Positions 11,484-22,421 of a DNA stretch of 39,273 nucleotides are shown one piece after another. This stretch comes from Hydrurus foetidus. Lineage: Eukaryota. The stretch is from contig UYFQ01000418.1 of the NCBI GenBank assembly GCA_900617105.1, positions 1 to 39,273 of the forward strand, written 5' to 3'. Positions within the stretch are counted from its first letter, which is position 1. Every line of letters starts with the position of its first letter. The translations under genes and the position numbers were made by a program. The notes under the pieces are model-generated. The model was not told the DNA's origin. It ran no database searches and worked only from the letters and a program-made list of their open reading frames with translations.

Positions 11484-12309
11484 CAGGGGTTGCACGATTG
11501 ACAGACCACATTCCGTCTTTTTTGATACAGTCACAAACAGCAAGAAAATCACTTTTGAATGGGGTCTTTTCAGAGCAAAATTTCACACCAGAGATAGCTC
11601 GAGCTGTGAAGAAAGTATCTCGACCTCAGTAATTCGACCATGGTAAGTTTAGTGGCTGAGTTAGTTTTCAATGAAAATGCTTCAAAAAATTGCAAAGTGG
11701 GTCTCCGCACCGTGCATTCAAATTTTTATCATCATTTTCGGTCATAACTCAACAACCAGAGAAGTTGCGGGTGATTTTAAGCTTGATTTTTATTTTGATT
11801 CATATCGCCGGAGACTGTCGAAGACTTGATCTACTCTAATTATGGGGGGCGATCAAGTCTTCGACAGTCTCCGGCGATAAAGCTGACTCGGTGGAGGGGC
11901 TCTCTGGACACCAAAGTGTGGTACAGGAGTGTCAAAAATCAACTTTGCAGCCCGAGCATTAAAACTGCACCAGCTATCATAGAATAATTCTACTACTATA
12001 CTAGAGAAGAATCAATCTTAAAATCACCCGCAACTTATGACCGAAAACTATGATAAAAATTTGAATGCACGGTGCGGAGACCCACTTTGCAATTTTTTGA
12101 AGCATTTTCATTGAAAACTAACTCAGCCACTAAACCTACCATGGTCGAATTACTGTGGTCGAGATACTTTCTTCACAGCTCGAGCTATCTCTGGTGTGAA
12201 ATTTTGCTCTGAAAAGACCCCATTCAAACGTGATTTTCTTACTGTTTGTGACTGTATAAAAAAAGCCGGACTTGAGTGGGGGCGTGGTCTGTCAATCGTG
12301 CAACCCCTG
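11484..12309. mobile_element. Non-autonomous foldback/MITE-like DNA element with ~300-bp terminal inverted arms
   Basis: Ends CAGGGGTTGCACGATTGACAGACCAC / GTGGTCTGTCAATCGTGCAACCCCTG; arm 11484-~11788 is the reverse complement of ~12010-12309 with small indels; CCAG flanks both sides (11480-11483, 12310-12313); no coding capacity. Confidence 0.9.
11803..11879. repeat. Perfect 29-bp inverted repeat with a 19-nt loop inside the MITE
   Basis: TATCGCCGGAGACTGTCGAAGACTTGATC (11803-11831) / GATCAAGTCTTCGACAGTCTCCGGCGATA (11851-11879). Confidence 0.95.
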
Positions 12310-12805
12310 CCAGTGCCTCTTTTTTTGTACCGTCAAGTCCCGATTCTTTTGCACAACCCGGCCGAAATAGTGTGCTTCCCACAATATATGACAAGATATC
12401 GGTGGTCTACAGATACCTACATAACTCAAGCAATTGAATCATTGTAACCTGGGTTATGAGTGCTCTGCATCGCTGTAACTTTTGCCTTGGTTCCTCATTC
12501 GTGGATGTTGAAGTTGCCCTCGCAGAGCTTTGAAATCGCTCATTTAGAAAGGTTAGCTTTCTACCTTGATGGTTGCATTCTATTCAACCGCGAAGCTATT
12601 TTTGACGTAGAAGCACCGAGAGCACTGCAATTACTTCGTTTGATGTCACATTGATCTGATACTATTCTTACCTGAATATTATTTCTCAAGATTGCTGTGC
12701 TATTGTTGGTTTGGTAAAAGTGCGTGATCTGTGACACAAAGATGAAAACTCTAACATTAGAGGAAGAGATTTGCGCTTTTATGCTCGCAATCGTGTTGGA
12801 GAGAC

Positions 12806-15329
12806 ATGCTATTACGACTGGCAATGAGTTGGAGTATTATACATACAGCTGGAGAACTATGTTCTGAAGCTAATAAATTGAACAGCGACAAAAGCCTAGA
12901 GCTCACTGTTGACGCCTCTGCAGTTCATCAATCGTTCAGAATTTTCCGCAAATCACTACTGGCTTTGAATATAGATATGCTCATTATTTCACCAAGAGAA
13001 AAAACTGGGAAGGCGATGGATTCATTTCATAGTCTTGGAACTTTTTCTAATGGGTGGAAAATAAAGTTTAACCTACCAATTACTGATCCAATCTCTGAAG
13101 ACTTCGGCAGCTGTATCAACTCAAAACGCGACCTCATTATCAAACTGAGTCTCAACGGTCCCTCAAATTATAACGACCTTCGTATATTAAACTACGAGTT
13201 ATTGCTAAAGGAACGGGAAACGTCATTTCTTTCACCTACATTCGTCCCTCGGAAGAAAGTTTCTACCCTCGGTAAGAGGTACTTGGACTCACTTACTTCG
13301 AAAATCATTTCTGAAGTTAGTACAAACTATTCAACAGATGATGTTGTTTCATTAGCTTTAATGAATAGCATAGTCGAGGTAGCTGGGAGAAAGAGCAGAA
13401 AATTAGATGTTATTTCAAATTTATTTGGTGCTGGGTCAAATGATATAGATGGCGAATGTAATGACAATGAATCAACTGCTTCGAGTAATTCTGATGAATC
13501 CATTTCGGACAGTGAATTCAGCGCGCTATGTGATGTCATACCAGTAAAGAAAATTAAATATTCCACCGTTGAGAAGACCGCTATTATCACTCTTTTTGAT
13601 GAAGTCAAAGGCATCTATGAAAAAAAAACAACGCAAAAGCAATTACGCGATTGCGAAAAGAGTAAAATGCATGCTAAACAAAATTGAGGGATACGGCGAA
13701 ATAAAAACTCGTAATGTGCATAACTGGTATAAGAATAAAAGGAAGGTGCTGAAAAAAAAAGGAGTAAAAGTAATTGGTTCGTTTGAAGAGGAGGTCCTTC
13801 GTAATCTAATGATATGCGCCTTCGAGAAAGCTGATAATGTAAGCACCACAGGAATTTGCAATTATTATTTATAACTAAAAATGAAACTAATTTATAACAT
13901 TAATTTGTGCTACAAAAATACAGGACAATCCAGATGCTGTTCCAACTGCAAGGATAAATTTAAATGTGGCATACTCTTACACAATAATGTCAGCTACAGC
14001 AGCTGAGGTTCAGAAGCAAAACAATTGGACAAATGATGCAGTCGTTCAAAAATTAAAGTTTAGCAACAATTGGGTGAGGAACTTTTTAAACCGTAGTGGC
14101 ATGAGAAAAAGAAAAATAACTAGAGATGACAAAGCAATTCCGAATGCTGCTGATGTGGCAGCTCAAATGCAGGCGGGACAACTTCTATACAGGTCGCACG
14201 AACATAGTTCAAGTAACACATGGAATATGGATGAAACGTGCGTTACCTGGGCTATCGGTCCACTGCATATGTACGTACCCCAGAACCAGCAACGTGCGTC
14301 AAATGTGGGAATACCGAATACCAAGCTCCGTATAACAGCGGTTATAACTGTGAACGGACTTGGTGATTTTGCACCACTGATGTTCATCATCAAACACTCG
14401 GTAAGCTCAGAGAAGAAACCTGATCAATCAACAATGACAGTGATTAAAAGAATGCATAACAGCTCTGCGTTGAAATTTGATGCAGCACATGGATGGGAAT
14501 TATTATTATGGGAGAAAGAGATGACGATTAAAAATGTAACTGCTGTGCACAAATGTTGGTATTTGCGTCATAATGTTACACATCATATTATCACTAGTCA
14601 GTACAAAGCTTGGAATGATACAACTAGAATGATGATGTGGGTTGAACTTGTTATGAAGCCCATTAAAATTAGGGATGAGAAAGTTTTACTGTGGTTCGAC
14701 AACTGTGGTTGTCATAAAACACATGCAATTTCAAATACATTGAGTGAGTTAGACATTCGTGTTGCGTGTTTACCTCCAAACATGACAGCTATACTTCAAG
14801 TGCTTGATCTTGTTGTTAATGGACCTTTAAAGGCGCACGTTAGAAACAGTAGAGCAAATAAGATAGTTCAGTGCTTTAAATCTTACAAGATAGCTTTAGA
14901 TGCAAATGATGCTAAGGATGTAGCTGATCGAGTAGACTTACAATTTGTTGCCCCCAAGCCAGAAATGGCAGAATGTATTGAGAATTTGATATATCTATTT
15001 GGGAGAAATGGTGATTTTTAGAAAACGAAATTTAAGAAAGGTATTACATCATCATTTGTTAAGACGGGAACTATACCTGTAAATCATACTGACTCAGATG
15101 ACGCCGTATTCGTAGAATACAAAGTGGAGTCTATTTGTGGAACCATGAAAGTCATTCCATTAGGAACTAGACCTTGCGATGTTTTTGACTTAGTTGAACC
15201 TGAGAAGCAAGTGAAATTCAAAACATGATTATGAGTTTTGGTGATAATGAGTTTAATGACCATGAGGTCGTTGATGATAGTATGAGTGATGATGATGATG
15301 ATGATAACGATGATGATAACGATGCATAA
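12806..15329 (+). pseudogene. pogo/CENP-B-type DD35D transposase: intron 13839-13923, frameshift in the A-run at ~13620-13628, in-frame TAG at 15019, acidic tail
   Basis: HTH-like LKFSNNWVRNFLNR; catalytic motifs WNMDET, LLWFDNCGCH and LPPNMTAILQVLDLVVNGPLK (35 residues between the 2nd and 3rd D); the phase-0 GTAAGC...ACAG intron restores frame. Start codon uncertain. Confidence 0.88.
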
Positions 15330-16502
15330 TAGCTGTAACTATGACCGTATAGAATTGAGTGAGTTCTAAGAATCCAAATTAGAGTTCTCTGGATGATCTG
15401 GTCATACGTAGTGATTTATTATGAGAGGAAATAGTATGAAATGTTTTTTTAGAAGTGTTGTGTAATCGACCTAAAACTTAAGAGAGGTGTTGTAAATTTA
15501 AGTCTTAAATATACACCTAATTTTTTTGATAAGTGAGCGAATAAAATGTTTTACAATCTCAAAATTAAACAGCACTATTCCTTTTGGTGGTTGATGAAGC
15601 GAAATGGAAATTAATAGTGGAAATCGAACATATATCGCTTATCCGTACTGATGATTTTAAAATATAGGTAAATTTGGGGTATTAAAGTGCATTTAAGTTT
15701 TGTCATTTGAGTATTACTGATTTCTGGCCAGACCGAGAACATAATATTCATACCTATGAAGCTAGCTATGATTTGAGCTATCGACGAGAAAATTCTGATT
15801 AATATTCATCGAAATTTGTTAAGTTCGGAAAGTAGAGAAATTCGCTTAATTGAAGGGAGAACTGTGTGCGGTGTAGTGGTCTCAGAAATCTAATTGAATT
15901 AATGAGCATGATAGAATGCGTTAGTATGGTGTTTTATCTAGAAGCGCGATATCTTAAGTCTGCTTGAAAGTGGTTTCTGTTGATGTTATAGTGTTATAAA
16001 GTAGTCGAGGAGTGTCGTACCTAAATCTGCCTGCAACCAAATTATAGATTTAAAGAAATAACGGCTATCCAGTCTAACTGATTGCGTGAGATATTGAACA
16101 ATGACGTCAGAAGCACCTTGAAATATGTTAAAACATTTTATTGGAAATTTAATGAGGGTTTGCTACTGTTTCAAAGTTATTTAGTAACTCATAGTAGGTA
16201 TGGAGGTTTACAGAAGAGAGTTACTCACAATGACGGTTGATCTTCTGCACACATCAATTCATTTCCTAATTATCTTTTCAATTTCTATCTCGATTCATTT
16301 ATGTTCAATTTGCTGTGGACTAATCGTTATATATTCGCTTTATGACAACTATGTCATACTCAATATTTGATCAGCATTTTTTGAACGCCAAAATGTTGCT
16401 TGAAACCCCTCTTCCAACCAATTGATCATCTCTTACTGTCATGCCATTCTAGCCTTCTACTGGAAAGAATTGTGCAAGAAAATCAATTAGTGGTGTCAAA
16501 GT

Positions 16503-17031
16503 TTAAATTCGTTTTAATACTGGAATGTCTGCTGATTCGAGAAGTACTTCATACAGTTCATCAACCCAGCATTTAGAGTTTGATGTGAGAACAACTATCT
16601 CGATATCATAGCCTTTTCTACTGTGATTGAGTCTCTCATATGATAGTCTGCAGATGAAGCTATAACCAATCATGTAGTGAAGATTATCCCGAACACATGC
16701 AAGTGTGCCAAAATCATTATCCATAAGCGGAGCCAGTACTAGGCTAATCTCTTTACAGAGATTACCAATTCTATCACCAGCGACAAATCCCGATATTTCA
16801 CTTGCCTCAATCGTCAAGGGGAGAACAAGCTGGATGCAGTTTGAATCTGATATAGTACAGGTGCAATTCTTTAGTGCACGTCAGAGTAGGTCATGTTTCC
16901 AAATCATTCTCACCATATTGATTGCCCTTGTCTCTAACCAAATTGCACTCCACTCCTTTATTCACTTTCCTATCTTTTCCGAAGAAAAATCCTCCCTTAC
17001 CACTAGCTCTGAAGGACATCACCTCCATCAT
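16503..17031 (-). CDS. Stand-alone HIRAN-domain protein (~153 aa; exons 17031-16914 and 16846-16503)
   Basis: Splicing a 67-nt GTGAGA...TCAG intron (16913-16847) gives CNLVRDKGNQYDSNCIQL...GDRIGNLCKEISLVLAPLMD, matching the HIRAN consensus L.REP.N.YD.NAI.V...IG.L.RE.A..LAPL.D. The frame is open throughout. Confidence 0.82.
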
Positions 17032-18275
17032 GATAGCTGCAGCATTTTTTGCAATTTTTCATTTGAGATGTTGAGAATTATTGTCAGGTGAGAGGCGTCT
17101 CGTATTGTTCAAACGGAACTTTCATATTTATAAAATTGGGTTACAGACAAACTCAACGCTCAATCTTGAGCAAAAGCAAAATATGGAGAACCTCCATGCG
17201 CGAAAATAGACAGTGATTTTACACATCAGCAAAACTTCTAAGGGCATAAATTACCTTTTGACGACAGCTGAAGAAAGAGCGAAACAACGCGGTCAAGATG
17301 ATCTCTGGAAAACTGGTTGGAAATCAAAATTGAGTGAATGGTATGTGTTGCCATGCAAAGTGTGGTAGGAGAGGTCATACTTGACTTGAGGCGTCGAAGG
17401 GATGCCTGTTTGAAATATTTCCGTTTTTCCGGACAAAAGAATCGGGACTTGACGGTATTCGGGTTTTGGCCAAAAATGGCCAAATATGCATATTTCAAAG
17501 AACCTTTTCTAACACACTTAAACTCGTTGAAACGAGTTCAGGTTTCGAGACTAATCCGAATATTCTCCGCAAGAAGCAATATGACAGCTAAATTGTCCGA
17601 GCGCTGCCTCAGCTACAATTTGTCGTCAAAAATGACAATTTCTCATTCTGGACTCGCGGGAACCGAAATATTTCAAACTATGAATATGCCAGAAATTTCC
17701 GAAATCAGCAGTCTAACTTAAGAGTCGCCGGCCGTAGGTGTGCTCTTTTTTGAGTGTAGAATTTGTCCGTACCGCATACCGGCTGGATGTTTTCGAGTTT
17801 CTCACCAAATTCAATTCTGTAAATTGCGTTCGGTTAAATTCACCAATATCTAGCTGCGCTGTGTGTTCGCCAGTCGAAAATTGTTTTCTGTACGTGTGCT
17901 CCTTTTCTAATTCGAAAAATAGTGAGTATTTTCGAATTCGGAATCGATTCCCAACAACTGTCGCGCGAGTACAGAATTTCAAGCTGAACACGAATATCGA
18001 AACGGTTTGTTCAAATTCGTTGAAATGGAAAAATTCAATGTTTCGCCGCGAAGCGGCGATTTATCGCCGCCGTGTTTTGTACGAATTCCTGGATCTTTCG
18101 CCGATATTTCGCCGATCGAAAAAAGATCTTCAAATTTCTTCTGAGGAATGTGACGTCAACACAAATCCGCATAGGATACGATCGATTGGAGCGGCATCCT
18201 ATCAACGACGACCGCCGACCATCGAATGTTTACAAACTCAAACACCAATACAACACTACTCTCCCAATAGAAATC

Positions 18276-18917
18276 ATGACGTCAGCTGGTCCCAGCCAGA
18301 AAGATTTGGCCCTCAACGTCGACTATCTTCAACAGTTTTTTTGGAGCCTGACGCCGCCGCAACCAGCAACAATTTTACCTCAATCGTTTGACGAGATCAT
18401 AGATGTCGGGAGAGCAGCACTTCGCCGACAAGCAACAGCACAGCCACTCTGGGACTTCGTGACCATTAACTAAATAGACTTTAATGATGTTGGCGCAGAC
18501 TTAAAGCGCTTCCTTTTACCCCAATTAATTTCGATCGTCGTGACTCCGCAGATAATTTCGCAAATGGCTCTGGGAAATAAGTTCATTGCGATTCTAATCG
18601 CGGTCTCACAACTGGAACTTCTTCTAATCTTCACTCTCAGCTCCATAGCCACGAAAGCACCATCAGCATGGAAGCGGTTCTCCTTTCAGCATCGTTTGAA
18701 CTCAGCTACTACAGATCACTGTTACCCCGTCGATAATTTCGCATACGGCTCTGGGAAAAAAGTTCATTGCGATTCTAATCGCGGTCCCACAAATGGAACT
18801 TCTTCTAATCTTCACTCTCAGCTCCATAGCCGCGAAGGCACCATCATCATGGAAGCGGTTCTCCTTTCAGCATCGTTTGAACTCAGCTACTACAGATCAC
18901 TGTTACCCCGTCGATAA
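18276..18917 (+). pseudogene. Possible ORF remnant of unknown function running into the 181-bp array (in-frame TAA at 18471)
   Basis: From ATG 18276 (MTSAGPSQKDLAL...) the frame continues through a single stop into ORF 18540-18917. No recognisable domain. Confidence 0.3.
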
Positions 18918-19021
18918 TTTCGCATATGGCTCTGGGAAAAAAGTTCATTGCGATTCTAATCGCGGTCCCACAACTGGAACTTCTTCTAATCTTCACTCTC
19001 AGCTCCATAGCCGCGAAGGCA
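18540..19021. repeat. 181-bp tandem repeat, ~2.7 copies
   Basis: GATAATTTCGCA recurs at 18551, 18732 and 18913. Confidence 0.92.
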
Positions 19022-19080
19022 TAATGACTGCGAATATTATGTAAAATGTTTTGTATTGAAATTGTAAAGTACAACAAGCG

Positions 19081-19226
19081 TCACTCACTCACTCTCCCAC
19101 CCACCGATTCACAAACTCATTCACTCTTTCAATCTCTCACTTACTCACTCACTCTCTCACTCACACACTAACACGCTCCCGCAGTAACGCACTCACGCGC
19201 TTACCCAATTACTCTCTCACGCACTC
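19081..19226. repeat. Degenerate (CACT)n / (CCCT)n microsatellite
   Basis: tcactcactcactc...cactcactccctccctccc. Confidence 0.8.
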
Positions 19227-19436
19227 ACTCCCTCCCTCCCTCCCTCGAATCATGCCGTGGCAGTGATTTCTGAGCTAACATAGAAAGTCATCAACCATCT
19301 GACCACTGCGATTCTTATCGCACTACATATTACTGGGGAACTTTCATCTGAAGAAAATGTTGATGATTTGATGTACAAGTCATTATCAAATTAATTTAAA
19401 TATGGAATTGAAAAATGTAAACTAATTGGGCGAGGT

Positions 19437-22002
19437 TCAATTGCGCTTTCTCTTTAGACTCTTGCTCGATGGAGAGAGTTGAGATGCGACATTAGCATTA
19501 GAATTAGGTTCACAAGAAGCAGTCGAGGAAGAAGAGGAGGTTGATGTAAATGATGAGGAGGAGGATGATGATGATGAGGAGGATGAAGATGATGATGAGG
19601 ATGAAGATGATGAGCTTTCCCCAATCTCAGAGTTGGCTACAGTTAAGGGAGCTTTGACTAGGGGTGCTCTGGCAAAGTACGATGCAGTGTTTGGCTTCAT
19701 CTTGGCGCCCTCTTTAACCGTCTTCAGCTTTGCCAATCTACCATCTACAGCAGAAATTGTTGCAGTCAACTTAGCTCCAGCGTTCGACTTGGCGGTCTTA
19801 GCTCCGAGATATTTGATCTCATCTTCAAGTAATGATTTCATTGTTACCTCTGCCACTGCGCGACTTACATCCTTGAGGCGGTTATGCCACACTGTCCAGT
19901 CGGTGCCGACTTTATCTGTGGATGGAGGTCTTGTGAGCAGAAATGACCTTTGCTCCTCAGTGGTATGGGTCATCATGTGATTAGCGACATTTCTGCTGCG
20001 CCCGACATCCCTGCCCAATGCTGACCATGAGCGATTTTCCTTGAGGTTGTACTCATGGTAATCAGTGAAGAAATCAGCGATACCGATGTTGCTCGTCTTC
20101 GACAACTGATATCCATTTCTCGCTTGTTTCAGCACAGCAACCTCCAACACTGGATCGACCTCTGGCCGGGATACTGCGGCTAAAGTCTTCGAAGGCATCT
20201 ATATCATACAGGAGTGATTTGAGTACAGACGACTGACATGTATTAGGAGAGTGATATCGATATTCTTACATTTTGTGGTGTCTGACTTCTCCTTGGTTGA
20301 GGTGATCGTGGTGATTGCTCTACCACGTGCTCGCGAATCAAGTGAAGAATTTCTCCAATCAATTTCCTAGATTCTTTCAATTCTGTCTGAATTGCCAGGT
20401 TCTCCGCTCGAAGGCTCAGCATCTCATGCTGTAGTGCCTATTTTGTATTGATGTCATGAATACAAATATGAATATGAATATGAATTGTGTTGATTATGTA
20501 AACAGAGTCAACACTCACCGTGTAGAAGTGTACTCCAGAATCAGCAGTTTGGCTCTGGTTTAAATGGCGTGTGGAGTTGCGCATTCTGAAGTCATTGCGT
20601 ACTGAATTGCCCCAATCTGTAATTTCTCTCATTGTAATACCGAACTTACGTGCACTCAGCACAAATAAACGGACGATAATGTGATCCATACCGTACGATG
20701 CCTGCATCTCTTCATGGTGATGCAGAAAGATGCGAACATCGTCTTCGCAAAGTTCTTCAATGCACCGCATCCGGTGATACGGAAGTTCTGATCGAAAAGA
20801 TCGGATATCATTTTCATGACCTTATCGTCGTTCTCAGGGGTTAGGAAGACACTCAGTCGAGGCGGAAAACACGGTGCACGTGGATTCTGGTACCCAGACA
20901 GCGCCCTCCCGGCGATGCTAATAGCTTGTGTTGTGTTCAGGAAGTACTCAAACAGTGCACACAGAGACTCTCCCCTAGTTTTCCACCCCCCACGAGCTAC
21001 AGCTACCTCGAGACCTGCACCTATAAAGAGATCAAAGTATCGTCACAGGATAAAGTTGTAGTAACGGCAATTAAATTTGATTGTGATTTCATCACCTTCA
21101 GCATTAATGATGTCGTTGACACTGCCGACGCGCAAATCTGTAGCGGTTACATCCGATGAAAGAACATCGACTGTCTTGGACAGCTCCTTAAGCATATTGG
21201 ATATAGCCTTTGTTGTACTGATACTAGCAAAACAAGGAAACACCCACGATTGTCCCCCTGATCTCGCACTGAGGTGCCTGCTACCGCCCCCAACGGCTAA
21301 GTAGCAAGCAAGACTGTGAAACTCGCAAATTTCAAAGTTTCTTGCATCCGCAAAGAAGGTCATCTGCTGAACGTCACTTGTTTTCTGCTGATTCCAGCTA
21401 CTTGCTAGGAGTTCTTCATTGAAATTCCAGTATAAGTTTGACCAAGTGAGTAGTCCAACTTCTCCGCCTCTCCCAACAGCATGATAAGATGTGTTCAGGA
21501 TTGCTCTTGTTTCAATTGATTTTACTGTTCCTGTGCTAAGGAGCGATTTACCGATTTCGATAAGCGTCAATCTACCAACTCCTTTCGACTTGTCCTTAAC
21601 CATCGTACCATCTGCAATACAGCGTCTCGTGATCAGTTTTGCTATGTCTGTCATGACCTCTGTATTCCATGTTTCATGCAGATCAAAAACTTTATTCCTT
21701 TTGTGTAAACTTTTCAATGTGTTGACAACCCCTGTAAAGTATTGATTTGCAGAGTCTCTTCTCAGTCAAAGACCGGTCTTCTCACATTTAGCCTCAGTAA
21801 TCAAATATGTTCCAAATTGGCGCAACGTACTCTCATCACAAAGGACGCCCTCCCCACACTCAGAGTAAGTGATCCCTTTCGACAAGAGAAATGCAGTATA
21901 GTGATTCATGGCAGATGCCTTCCCATCGACTGTCGATTTCGCGTGGCCACCAGTGCCTGCTTCTCGATACGTTTGGCCACTAGTGCCAGTTTCGCTAAGC
22001 AT
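19437..22002 (-). pseudogene. Tyrosine recombinase YR-A (Crypton-like), 4 exons: 22002-21096, 21020-20519, 20437-20270, 20198-19437
   Basis: Catalytic motifs GRGGE, QQKTS, TDLRVG, ARGGW, LFEY followed by GRALSGY. Three GT-AG introns (75, 81, 71 nt) join the frames. Lesions: in-frame TGA at 21766-21768 and a 1-nt frameshift near 20727. C-terminus has a coiled coil, a helical domain, poly-Ser and an NLS-like KRKR. Confidence 0.88.
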
Positions 22003-22421
22003 AGTTTACCTCGATGACTCAAATTGCGGACTTTCTTACAGTGTCGCAGAAGAGATCTAATCTGATCATTGATTATTCTTCACGTCACCTCTACTCGCAT
22101 CACCAACATCACCCACGTCATCTCTTCGCACATGATGTTTGCTTCTGCACCAAATAATATCCCGGATTTTCCACGCGAAATATTGATTTCCGGGATCGGC
22201 GAAAAATATTCAATTTTGCTGAAAACATCCTTCCGGTTCCATTTTGAGTGCAAAAACGCGATTTTTTGAGGGAAATCAGCTTTTTTCGCCGGCGACTTTG
22301 GCGAAACTGAATTATCCGGTTTTGAATAAAATTCGAATTTCGCACCCTCTTCAGTCTTCTCTGTCAACCTTTCACCTGCAATATGCAGTAGATGATCAAA
22401 TAATTTTGCACTTCATAAACG

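Larger units (their letters stand above)
12330..17455 (+). mobile_element. pogo-like (IS630-Tc1-mariner-related) DNA transposon, 5126 bp, with a cargo gene
   Basis: Perfect 22-bp TIRs CCGTCAAGTCCCGATTCTTTTG (12330-12351) and CAAAAGAATCGGGACTTGACGG (17434-17455); TA on both sides (12328-12329, 17456-17457); encloses a DDE_1-type transposase. Confidence 0.95.

Noticed and set aside
15400..16480. Third gene inside the pogo element
   Set aside because: Only short broken frames in AT-rich sequence; nothing recognisable.
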